Assembly: GCA_964016885.1 (NCBI GenBank)
Contig: OZ024762.1
Span: 11,656,001 to 11,720,000, forward strand
Direction of reading: 5' to 3'
Origin: Eledone cirrhosa
Taxonomy: Eukaryota
DNA length: 64,000 bases
Shown: positions 12,895-26,019 of the stretch, in pieces
How the letters are laid out: each line of letters starts with the position of its first letter
Numbering within the stretch: position 1 is the first letter of the stretch
The notes under the pieces: model-generated
Told to the model about the DNA's origin: nothing
What the model saw: only the letters and a program-made list of their open reading frames with translations
Databases searched by the model: none
Program-made: the position numbers and the translations under genes

Positions 12895-13395
12895 GACCTA
12901 GTGGTAAGGTTTAACCTTGTGATGGACTGATGTCCTGTCTATGGGGGAGTGTAGTGACCTAGTGGTAAGGTTTAATTTTGTGATGGACTGATGTCCTGTC
13001 TATGGAGGAGTGTAGTGACCTAGTGGTGAGGTTTAACCTTGTGATGGATTGATGTCCTGTCCATGGGGGAGTGTAGTGACCTAGTGGTGAGGTTTAACCT
13101 TGTGATGGATTGATGTCCTGTCCATGGGGGAGTGTAGTGACCTAGTGGTGAGGTTTAACCTTGTGATGGATTGATGTCCTGTCCATGGGGGAGTGTAGTG
13201 ACCTAGTGGTGAGGTTTAACCTTGTGATGGCCGACTGTCCTGTCTATGGGGGAGTGTAGTGGCCTTATGGTAAGGTTTAACCTTGTGATGGATGACTGTC
13301 TTGTCAGTGGGGGAGTGTAGTGGCCTAGTGGTGAGGTTTAACCTTGTGATGGACTGATGTCCTGTCCATGGGGGAGTGTAGTGGCCTAGTGGTAA
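12895..13395. repeat. ~8 x 61-bp minisatellite abutting a SINE head
   Basis: tagtggtgaggtttaaccttgtgatgga.tgatgtcctgtccatgggggagtgtagtgacc; period 61. Confidence 0.92.
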
Positions 13396-13575
13396 GGGTG
13401 TTGGACTTACAATCATAATGTCGTGGGTTTGATTCCAGGCCGGGGTTGTGTGTTGTGTTCTTGAGCCAAACTCTGAAAATGAGTACCAGAAGCAAAAGCT
13501 GGGGGTTTAACCCTGTGATGGACTGGTGTCCTGTCCAGGGGGATGTTCTTGAGCAAAACACTTCATTTCACTTAA
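13372..13575 (+). mobile_element. tRNA-derived SINE (family A-like head, different body)
   Basis: TGGCCTAGTGG A box, GGTTTGATTCC B box, ttcttgagc motif. Confidence 0.7.
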
Positions 13576-13604
13576 TTTCATTCAGTTTCTAATAAAATAC
13601 ACTA

Positions 13605-14101
13605 GGTGGTGGTGGTGATGATAGAGGCAGTGGTGGTGATGGTGATAGAGGTGGTGGTGGTGGTGGTGATAGAGGTGGTGGTGGTGGTGGTGGTGATAGA
13701 GGCAGTGGTAGTGATGGAGATAGAGGTGGTGGTGGTGATAGAGGCAGTGGGGGTGATGGTGATAGAGGTGGTGGTGGTGATAGAGGCAGTGGGGGTGATG
13801 GTGATAGAGGCAGTGGTGGTGGTGATGATGGTGATAGAGGCAGTGGTGGTGGTGATGGTGATAGAGGCAGTGGTGGTGATGGTGATAGAGGTGGTGGTGG
13901 TGGTAGTGGTGGTGATAGAGGCAGTGGTGGTGATGGTGATAGAGGCAGTGGTGGTGGTGGTGGTGATGATGGTGATAGAGGCAGTGGTGGTAGTGGTGGT
14001 GATAGAGGCAGTGGTGATGGTGATAGAGGCAGTGGTGGTAGTGGTGGTGATAGAGGCGGTGGTGGTGGTGATGATGGTGATAGAGGCAGTGGTGGTGGTG
14101 G
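13605..14101. repeat. (GTG)n/gatagaggca low-complexity repeat
   Basis: Direct observation. Confidence 0.85.
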
Positions 14102-14214
14102 CAGATAATGATGGAGTAGTCACAGAGACCTTAAATAAAGTTGGTACACCTCTCTGCTAACATTTCATCCCTGTTTGCTTATGTGGGAAGGCAAGTCTTC
14201 AGTAGTACAGCATA

Positions 14215-14273
14215 ACATATAATATGTATGTTATATAACATATACATATTATATACATGTATATATATATATT

Positions 14274-14323
<50 letters not shown>

Positions 14324-14443
14324 TATACACACACACATATATATATATATATACACATATATACACACACATATATATATATATACACATAATAACACAC
14401 ATATATTACACACATATATATATACATATATATATATACACAC

Positions 14444-14494
<51 letters not shown>

Positions 14495-14701
14495 CATATA
14501 TATATACATATGTATATATGTATATATATACATATGTATGTATATATATAATACATTTGTATATATATACATGTGTATGTATATATATACATATGTATGT
14601 ATATATATATATTCACATGTATATATATACATATGTATGTATATATATATATTCATATGTACATATATACATATGTATGTATATATATATATACATATAT
14701 A

Positions 14702-14754
<53 letters not shown>

Positions 14755-14771
14755 GTATATATATATATATG

Positions 14772-14840
<69 letters not shown>

Positions 14841-14879
14841 GTATATATATGTATATATATATATGTATATATATATATG

Positions 14880-14926
<47 letters not shown>

Positions 14927-15507
14927 ATATATATATATATGTGTGTATATATATATATATGTATGTATATATATATATATTCATATGTATATATATATAT
15001 ATGTATGTATATATATATATATTCATATGTATATATATATTCATATGTATATATATATATATATGTATGTATATATATATATATTCATATGTATATATAT
15101 ATACATATGTATATATATATACATATGTATGTATATATATACATATATATATGTGTGTGTAGAGGATGTATACTTCGCCGTTCTCTTTGAGACAGCAGGA
15201 TTAACATGGAACTAGAGAGAAATACTGTTAGATATTGGTTGATATGTGCTGTTACCATTTGTCACAACACACACACACTCTCATATACATACACATATAT
15301 ATATATTTATACATACACACACGCACATATATACATACATACATACATACATACATACATACTCACACACGCATATATATATATGTATATATGTATATAT
15401 ATGTATATATATATATATATATATATACACATACACATATATATACATATATATACATACACACACATATATATTCATATATGTTATTGGGTATATAAAT
15501 CATCATC

Positions 15508-15538
<31 letters not shown>

Positions 15539-15700
15539 TGCATATATATTTATATATATATGCACATGCATACATACATATATGTGTATGGGTATATATA
15601 TATATATACTCATACATACACATATATATATATACACACACGTGTGTATGTATGTATATGGATACATACATATATATGCATACATACATATATGTTATTG

Positions 15701-15746
<46 letters not shown>

Positions 15747-15802
15747 CACACACACACGCACATGCATATATATATATACACATGCATACATATATGTGTA
15801 TG

Positions 15803-15838
<36 letters not shown>

Positions 15839-15890
15839 CACACACACATATTCATACATACATACATACACACACACACACATAAATACA
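14215..15890. repeat. Large (TA)/(TG)/(CA) compound microsatellite field; similar fields at 300-630, 2180-3720, 22050-22480, 32125-32610, 33200-33640, 35520-35970, 38700-39075, 42200-42560, 49740-50630, 61090-61390, 62500-62730
   Basis: Direct observation. Confidence 0.95.
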
Positions 15891-16386
15891 AACAAAAAAA
15901 TTGTCTTTGAGATAGAATGGTTGAGGTAGGTAATGGAACTGTAAGACATAGTGTTACTAGAGATAATATATAAAACAAGAAATAGAGAGAAAGGGTGAGA
16001 GTAGAGGGGAAGAGGAAGGACTAGGGTGGTGGTAAGGGGTGGGGGAAGGACTGAGGGGAAGAAGAGTTGGTGGTAGCAGCTGGGGGTGGGAGAAGTGGCT
16101 AGGGGTGAGGAAATGTCTGACATGGGGTTGGAAGGTTTTGAAATAACCACATTCCACAATCTCTTCCTGGGTTTTGTAACTGGAAACATTATCACCATCA
16201 CCCAATACCACCATTACTACTACCACCACTACAACTACAACTAACATCACCACCACTATTAGAACTATGGCCTATACTATCATTACTATTACCACTACTA
16301 GAACTACGGCTTATTACCACTACTAGACCTGCGGCCTATACTATCATTACTATTACCACTACTAGAACTACGGCCTATACTATCAC

Positions 16387-17450
16387 TGAGGTAAAGTCTT
16401 TACTGTGAAAATACAATAGTATATATAGAGTAATGTAAATGTTATGTGAGATATTATGTGAGGTAAAGTCTTTACTGTGAAAATACAATAGTATATATAG
16501 AGTAATGTAAATGTTATGTGAGATATTATGTGAGGTAAAGTCTTTACTGTGAAAATACAATAGTAAATATAGAGTAATGTAAATGTTATGTGAGATATTA
16601 TGTGAGGTAAAGCCTTTACTGTGAAAATACAATAGTATATATAGGGTAATGTAGATGTTATGTGAGATATTATGTGAGGTAAAGTCTTTACTGTGAAAAT
16701 ACAATAGTATATATAGGGTAATGTAAATGTTATGTGAGATATTATGTGAGGTAAAGTCTTTACTGTGAAAATACAATAGTATATATAGAGTAATGTAAAT
16801 GGTATGTGAGATATTATGTGAGGTAAAGTCTTTACTGTGAAAATACAATAGTATATATAGAGTAATGTAAATGGTATGTGAGATATTATGTGAGGTAAAG
16901 TCTTTACTGTGAAAATACAATAGTATATATAGAGTAATGTAAATGGTATGTGAGATATTATGTGAGGTAAAGTCTTTACTGTGAAAATACAATAGTATAT
17001 ATAGAGTAATGTAAATGGTATGTGAGGTAAAGTCTTTACTGTGAAAATACAATAGTATATATATAGAGTAATGTAAATGTTATGTGAGATATTATGTGAG
17101 GTAAAGTCTTTACTGTGAAAATACAATAGTATATATAGAGTAATGTAAATGGTATGTGAGATATTATGTGAGGTAAAGTCTTTACTGTGAAAATACAATA
17201 GTATATATAGAGTAATGTAAATGTTATGTGAGATATTATGTGAGGTAAAGTCTTTACTGTGAAAATACAATAGTATATATAGAGTAATGTAAATGGTATG
17301 TGAGATATTATGTGAGGTAAAGTCTTTACTGTGAAAATACAATAGTATATATAGAGTAATGTAAATGTTATGTGAGATATTATGTGAGGTAAAGTCTTTA
17401 CTGTGAAAATACAATAGTATATATAGAGTAATGTAAATGGTAAAGGGTTA
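16387..17450 (-). repeat. ~15 x 72-bp tandem array derived from the same piggyBac-like MITE end
   Basis: Reverse complement of the 9346-9985 unit; ends in gtaaatggtaaagggttaa. Confidence 0.9.
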
Positions 17451-18369
17451 AAGGTTGAACTAACTTTTCAGCTGTGTCGAAGAATTGACAACTTTCTTAG
17501 TGCTAGTTACATGATACATACACACACACACATACACATACACATACACACATACATACATACACACATACACACACAGACACATACACACACACATACA
17601 CATACACACATACATACATACACACATACACACACAGACACATACTCATACACACTCAGACACACATACAGACCACATTACACTTTGTAAAGCTGTGGAA
17701 TGTATGTAAGGGAGATGTAGCCCCATCCTACCGACCATCCCCCCCTCCCTGACCCCCTCCACCACCAGTCTGGGAAGTCAGAAGTTCTGATTATCTACTG
17801 CTGACTTGGTCCATGACAAACTGTCCAACCCATGCCAGCATGAACAAACAACATAAAAAAGAGCCTTTGAATGACAATGGTGATGATGATGATGATAAAG
17901 ATGATTATGATGAATTAAAAAAAAAAAGCGATACGTTTGAATGACAACGATGGTGATGATGATTATGATAGTGATGATGATGATTATGATGGTGATGATG
18001 ATGATGATAATTACAATGATGATGATGATGATGATGATGATGAATTTAATAAACAAACAAAACAAGAAACAAAACAAAACAAACGAGGTCACTCCTTGCT
18101 GTAATAGTTTCTCTGAAAATTCCATTTTCAATTCTAAATAAACAGAAAAAAAAACCTCTCTTCCCCTCCACCCCACCTCATCCAGTTCTATTTACAGCGG
18201 AGAACTCCCACCCTCACCACACCCCCACCTCCCACTGCCACTCTCACTATCACCATTACTGAAGTCTCAAGAGAAGGAGGGAGAGGAAGGGGTGAGGAGA
18301 GGGAAAATGAAGTTTCAAATAGCAATGGAGGAAAACGTACTAATGAGGTTTCTAAACATCCAACATCTC

Positions 18370-18417
<48 letters not shown>

Positions 18418-18436
18418 AACAACATAAGATAATTAA

Positions 18437-18507
18437 TCCATTTACCAAAGGTTTCATGAAGTCAGACGAGCTCGACACAGACGTCTGACTTCAGTCGTCA
18501 GAATGAA
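18437..18507 (-). ncRNA. Type-I hammerhead ribozyme motif (family F4) inside fold-back element 18414-18641
   Basis: Minus strand: ttcatt-CTGACGA-c-TGAAGTCAGACG/CGTCTGACTTCA-t-GAAA-CC(ttt)GG-TA-aatgga. Confidence 0.78.
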
Positions 18508-18883
18508 ATAAAATGTTGCTGCCTTCGTGAAACCTTTGGTAAATGGAATAATTATCTTATGTTGTTTATTAGATAACTAAAAAGCTCTGTAGCCTACATA
18601 GAGCACTCTCTTTTCCTTTACCTTTCCTACGGAAACACTTCATATATATATATATATATATAAATATATTAATTATATCTTATTTGGTTTGACCTGTTTA
18701 GCTTGTTCGCTTTTTTGGCTCAGGTGGTTAATGGCTTCTTAACCATCATCTCAGTTTGTATGGCCTTTTTAACTTATGTTTATAGCTCTGGTATCTTCAT
18801 ATCCATGGAGCGCTTGTCTGCACAATACAGAAGTTGCGTTTCGCCAATTTCTACCTGCCGAAATGCGATTCTCTCTAAATTTA

Positions 18884-18918
<35 letters not shown>

Positions 18919-19164
18919 TAAAATAACAGATTAAAGTTTAAGCAAAGAATCGCTGCTTTCACCCTTAACAGGATCTTCTGAAACTAACAAAGTCAATCTG
19001 TAAACGCAGAACTGGATATTTCAAAAAACGTTGCAACCGGAGGAAGACAGGAAGACGATACTTTGGTTCGTGGAAACGTTCGCTGGCGAAGAACGGGAAA
19101 AAACGAATATAATACGTCATTAATAGGAGCGGTGAAAAGCAATTTTAGTCTTCAAATTTATTAT

Positions 19165-19212
<48 letters not shown>

Positions 19213-19430
19213 ATGTATATATATGTGTTTGTGTGTGTATAGATGTGTGCGTGTGTGTATGTATAGGCGCGTGTGTGTGTGTATAGATATGTGTGTGTAT
19301 GTGTGAAGGAGCATGGCTCAGTGGTTAGTGTTCGGCTCACAACTGTAAGTTTGTGAGTTCGATTCCTGGACCGGGTGACATGTTGGGTTCTTGAGCAAGA
19401 CATTTTATTTCATTCACGTATATATATTTC

Positions 19431-19462
19431 ACCTGAAGAAGGGCTTATGCCCAAAACGTCGT
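19431..19462 (+). ncRNA. Ultra-minimal Penelope-type hammerhead remnant (GAAA mutated to AAAA); element ~19425-19542
   Basis: ac-CTGAAGA-a-gggc(ttat)gccc-AAAA-CG-TC-gt; downstream part recurs inverted at 41733-41810. Confidence 0.55.
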
Positions 19463-19537
19463 TCCCCACTCTGAAGAGCGTGAAACTAATAAACCTTTGT
19501 TCGTACTGCCTCTCTGTTTTGTTTCTGTTCAATTTTT

Positions 19538-19579
<42 letters not shown>

Positions 19580-20372
19580 CAGAATGGATGCAGTAAAAAC
19601 CAGTTAGACCATTACTCACCAAAGTACTCAATACTTGGGGTAGTAGAGTGGGTAATAGGAAAAATTCAGGACCCCGACGGCTGAGCTTCTGCCATTTCAA
19701 CAGCTAGATCCGAGAACTAGCTGAATCCTTCATATATACACACATATATATATGTGTGTGTGTGTGTGTGCATGTCTTTATGTATGTGTATGTATATGTG
19801 CTTACAAGGTATATAGGGTGTTTTTTGTCATGGCACCGGTATGACCACCTTACAATAGTATGTATATGAAAATACAATAGTATATATAGCGTAATGTAAA
19901 GCCTTTACTGTGAAAATACAATAGTATATATAGAGTAATGTAAAATGATAAAGGGTTAAGTTACATCTGGTCTTTAGGACATAACAAAAAGTTCTTACAT
20001 AAATATAAATGAACTCTTTAAAGTGACAAGCTTGGTACACAGTATGATGGTACAAGAGGCTCTATTGAAATAACTACCAAATGGTTTCACTTTAACACCC
20101 ACACATTCCTTCCTTCTCTCTTTCTTTCTATCTTTCTCTCTTTCTTTCTTTCTTTCTTTCTTTCTCTCTTTCTTTCTTTCTTTCTTTCGGATAGAATGCT
20201 TTATGGTATTCGTCTGTCTCTCTACTCTCTGAGTTCAAATCCCACCGAAGTCAACTTTACCTTTCATCCTTTCGAGGTCGATAAAAAAAAAAGGCCCAGT
20301 TTAGTACAGAGTTCGATTCTTCCTCTATATCTCTTTCTCATTTCCTCTCTCTCTATCTCTCCATATATATAG

Positions 20373-20423
<51 letters not shown>

Positions 20424-22206
20424 CAAGGGAGTGTAAACACAGAAAATATCTTTAAAAATAATAATAAATAATTAAATTCCAAAAAACTTCCCTGTACTTA
20501 CTATATCCCTGTATGTATTAATTACATATAGGACACATACTTTTATTATATATATATATATATATATATATAGTACCAGTCTAGTACTGGGGTCAACTCT
20601 GTCTCTATATCTTTCTCATTTCTTCTCTCTCACTTTCTATCTTTCTCTGGAAGAAATCAGCTGTACTCAGGCCTGGAGAAGGATGGGCTCCACCAAGTTT
20701 TAAAATGTCCAAGAAACACTGTATGTCTCTTCGGTGCCCCCTACGACTCTATCAGGAGTTACGGGACCTTACATATATACTATTGTATTTTGTGGTAAAG
20801 GCTTTATCTCACATAATATTGAATCTACAAGATTTTGAGAACAATACCTTAACGTCAGTATGAGTGGCCGTTTACAGCCAGTTTTATCAGAAAGAGGTGA
20901 GAGAATATATGGCCAGTTTAAATGCTAAAGGGTTAACAGGTTTATATTTATCTTAAAAACTTCCATCATAATTATATCTTAGAATACATATGTTCCAACT
21001 TAATAACAAGAAAATTAATTATATTACAAAATGCCCCCCAAATTCTTTATTATTTTCAAAATTGTTTGAAAATCATAGACAGTGTCTTTGATTTGAAATG
21101 AATAAAGAAAGAGTTAAAAAGTTTATATTTATCTAAAAGTTTTCTGTCATAATTTTATGAAAGAACAGTTAAGTTATTCTCCTAACATAAACCTTATAAT
21201 AGGAATGTTGTATTACTAAATCTCTCTACATTCTTGGTTGTTTTCAAAATATTTTTCTAAGTCATAAGTAGTGTCTTCCATTAGAAATATGGTGACTAAA
21301 GGGTAATCTAAGTATTTTACTTATTTAACCCTTTAGCATTTACACTGGCTGGATCTGGCCAGAATTCTCTCACCTCTTTCTGTTCAATCCGACTGTAACC
21401 AGCTGCTGAACCCAATACATTACTGGTACTTTGTTTTATCGACCCCCGTAAGGATGAAAGGCAAAGCTAACCTCGGCAGGAATAACCAGCTTAACCTTTT
21501 AGCATTTAAACTGGCGCTATCCGGCCAGAATTCTCACATTTCTTTCCGTTCAAACCAGCTGTAACAAACCACTCATACTGATGTTAAAGTATTGTTCTCA
21601 AAATAAATAATATCAACATCTCATAGATTTAATATCATGTGAGATATTTATGTGAGGTAAAGCCTTTACCATGAAAATAATGTTAAGGGTTAATCCTTTA
21701 ACATTTAAACGGGCCCTATCCGGCCAGAATTCTCTCACCTCATGACACATGAAGAATCGGACACCAACCCACCCCCCAAAAATATCACCACGACCAAGAT
21801 TACCAACATCTCCAACACCACCACCACGATAATTACCATCATCTCCATCACCACCACCACTACCACCATCTCCATCACTACCATCATCTCCATCACCACC
21901 ACCACTACCATCATCTCCACCACCACCACCACCACCACACCACCACCACACCACCACCACCACTTCCGTCATCAATTCTTCTCAAAGCGACTATTGTACA
22001 TCACAGTTCCATTTTTGTCATTGAGGCTGGAGGTGGGAAGGGGGAAAACACACACACACACATACATACATATATATATTTATATATATAATACATACAC
22101 ACACACATATATATATGTATACATACACACACATATACATATATATATATACATACACACACATATATATATACATACACACACATATATATACATACAT
22201 ATACAT

Positions 22207-22239
<33 letters not shown>

Positions 22240-22479
22240 CATACACACACATACATATGTATATATACATACACACACATATATATATATATACATACAT
22301 ACCCACATATATATACATACATACACACACACATATATATACACACACACACACATATATATACATACACACACACGTATACATACACACATACATATAC
22401 GCACATATATACATACATTTATATATATATATATACACATATATACGCACACATATATACATACATATATATACATACA

Positions 22480-22965
22480 CACTATTCTTACGCACACAAT
22501 ATATAGTGTATCCTTTGTAAACGAAGTGTGTACACTAGGTGCATATACGCACACATACACACACACTATTCTTACACGCATACACACAATATATAGTTTG
22601 TCTTTTGTAAAACAAGTGTGTATAGTAGGTACACATACACACATACACACATATACACACACATATACACACACATACACACACACATACACACACACTA
22701 TGTAGTTTGTTCTTTGTAAAACTGTGTAAAGTAGTTACATATACACACACACACTCTCATACACACACTCACATACACACATACACACACATATAAACTC
22801 ATACACTCATACACACATATATACACACATGCACTCATACACACACACATACAATATATACTGAGTCCTTTGTAAAATTAATGTGTAAAGTAGACACACA
22901 CACACACACACACACACTCCTACATCCACACACATACATACATACATACATACACATACACACAC

Positions 22966-23000
<35 letters not shown>

Positions 23001-23370
23001 CGTCCTTTGTAAAATTAATATGTAAAGTAGACACACACTCACACACACACTCACACATACACACAATATATAGTGCGTCCTTTGTAAAATGAATGTGTAA
23101 AGTAGACACACATATACACACACACTCACACATACACACAATATATACTGCGTCCTTTGTAAAATGAATGTGTAAAGTAGACACACATATACACACACAC
23201 ACGCACACACACACACACACACACACATACACACACACACACAATATATAGTGCGTCCGTTGCAAAATTAATGTGTAAAGTAGACACACACACACATACA
23301 CACATACACATACACACACACACATACACAATATATAGTGCGTCCTTTGTAAAATGAATGTGTAAAGAAG
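22480..23370. repeat. Compound repeat: conserved ~45-bp block separated by variable (CA)n
   Basis: acaatatatagtgcgtcctttgtaaaat(g/t)aatgtgtaaagtagac repeated. Confidence 0.8.
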
Positions 23371-23764
23371 TTATTTGTCTGTAAGTCTTTATCAGTGATT
23401 CCTGCCAGAGAAGTGGTTGCCCTCATAAATGGTAAACTGTCTCTTTTGGAATTCCGGTTATTCTAAAAGCGTTTATACTCACTCCCCACTTCATCTTCCT
23501 GCAGCTTTGTTGTTGTTGTTGTATTGAATATTCTTATCTTCCCCTCCCCCAACCATCACCCTTTCTCTCCTTCCTTTTTAAAAACTAAAACAGTTGAATA
23601 AGTTTCTCTCTTCAACACAGCGGTAGTTAACCATTTCGTTACAATATTTCTGAGAAAAGACATTGCCTGTCATTTTCAAAATAATTTAGAATTTTGAAGG
23701 ATTTAGTAAAATAACTTTCCTGTTATTAGATTGGTTTTTGGAACATAACTTAAAAGAGTAATGA

Positions 23765-24420
23765 CCGAAAGAATATGATCGCTAACACAAATGGTCAAAA
23801 TGGGATTCCTCCGAAGGGTCTTTAAGGTAATGTTACTCGATAGAATGTGTAGCTCAGAGATGAGAGTCACTCCAGGTAGAGCCACTACTTCTCTGAATTG
23901 AGAGATCACAGCTCCGATACTATGGCCATGTGGTTAGAATGTCTCAAGAAAGAATCACTGGACAGATTTGTAGCTCAGAGATCAGAGAGTCACTCCAGGT
24001 AGAGCTGCTACTTCTCCAAATTAAGAGATCACAGCTCTGATACTATGATCATGTGGTTAGAATGTCTAAGGAAAGAATCACTGGACAGATTTGTAGCTCA
24101 GAGATCAGAGAGTCACTTCAGGTAGAGCTGCTACTTCTCCGAATTGAGAGATCACAGCTCCGATACTACAAGCATGTGGTTAGAATGTCTCAGGAAAGAA
24201 TCGCTGGACAGATTTCATGGGCAAAATAACCGGCATGAGATCCAGGGGTAGACCCTGAGCAAGATGGTTGTATAACATTCATGAGCTTGACTGGTCACAC
24301 TTGGGGATCCAGCTGGAACAGTTGGAGACAGTTGCTTCTGACAGGACCCAATGGAAGGAGTGTTTGAGGACTCTGATCCCCAACAACCCTCCCAAGATTA
24401 AGTGGGCGAAGAAGAAGGTT
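23765..24420 (+). mobile_element. Same Rex3/Expander-like RTE fragment with a 3 x 121-123-bp internal tandem
   Basis: tgtagctcagaga at 23848, 23969, 24092; same 3' end and GAAGAAG tail. Confidence 0.82.
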
Positions 24421-25391
24421 CTTTCATAAAACCATGAAGCAAGGTTTTAGATAAATATAAACACTTTAACCCGTTCATGACCACATTTCTAATAAAATAC
24501 ACTGCCTTTAAATTTCAAAAATATTTTGAAACTATCCAAGAATTTGGGAGGATTTAGTAATATAACAAACTTGCTCATTAAGTTGATAGTTGGAGCATAT
24601 GTATTCTTACATCAAATTATGATGCAAGTTTTTAAGATGTCTATAAACACTTTAACCCTTTTGTTACCATATTTTATCTCATAAGAGGTTTCTTGGGTGT
24701 GTTAATGATAGGGACCCCAGATCTCTCATGTTATTGTTACAGCTCACATCTATGTAGGTTTAGCTGGCCTCCTACAGGGTTGTACCTTATAGGAAGTTTC
24801 TTGAGTGTTCGAATGATTGGGGGTCCCAAACCTGCCATGTTGTTACCACTCACACCTATGACAGTCTCTGTGGTAGTGGTCGTGTAGCAATGGTGGTGGT
24901 AGTGATAGTATGTATGACAACAGTATTGGTAGTGGTAGTAGTCGTAGTGATAGTAGTAGTAGTAGTAGTGGTAGTAGTAGTAGTGATAGTATGTATGACA
25001 ACAGTATTAGTAGTGGTAGTGGTAGTAGTAGTGTTAGTGGTAGTAGTCGTAGTGATAGTAGTAGTAGTGGTAGTAGTAGTAGTAGTGGTGGCCGTGGTGG
25101 TGGTAGTAGTAATAGTAGTGAAAGTGATGGAATATATGACAATAACAGCAACAGTTCTCTCTCTCATACACCCCTCTCTATATATATATATCGCCCTCTC
25201 CCCCTCACCTCCCCTCACCCCATTTCCCCTCTCCACCACTGACCCACCCCCTCTCCCCTCCCCCCTCCACACACAACCAACCACTGTTTGCTGTTTACTC
25301 TTCAAGGAAACAGATTCTTGAAAGAGTTTTTTTTTTTTTTTTATTGTTTTAAATATTTTTACTTAATTTTATTCCTAGAATGACTAAGGAG

Positions 25392-25434
<43 letters not shown>

Positions 25435-26019
25435 GGAAAATATGGCTAAATATATATACACCACCAACACTACCACCACTACCACCACCAACACTACCAC
25501 CACTAACACCACCAACACTACCACCACTAACACCACCTACACTAATACCAGCACCACTAACACCATCTCCACCACCTACACTACCATCACCACCATCTCC
25601 ACCACCACTAACACAACCTCCACTACCACCACCACCACTACTACCACCACCAATACCACTACCACCACTAACACCACCACCAGCACCACCACTACCACCA
25701 GCATCACCACCACCACCGCCACTACCAGCACCACTACACCACCAGCACTACCACCACTACCACCACTACCACTGCCACCACCACCACCACTGCCACCAGC
25801 ACCAGCAGCACCACCACCACCAGCACCACTACCATGTAAGGAATGTAGGTTGTAGCCAGAAAGGAAATGGAGCAGAAATGATTACTGCACCGTCCCCCAC
25901 CCTCTTCTCGTCCTCGTGATATAAGAGGTGCACTATTGAAGTCCTAGGCTGAGGGTTCAAACCTTTTCTCGGGCATTAAATGTGGTTAAAGTTCACTCTA
26001 TGAAATGGTAGTGCTGGTG

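Noticed and set aside
14179-15990. Many long [12 protein letters not shown] ORFs here and throughout the window
   Set aside because: Translations of dinucleotide microsatellites, open on both strands
16375-17414. 343-aa and 225-aa ORFs (and 9371-10042)
   Set aside because: Products of the 72-bp MITE-derived tandem repeat
22480-23370. Conserved block with variable spacers (CRISPR-like appearance)
   Set aside because: The spacers are only (CA)n/(TA)n tracts of varying length
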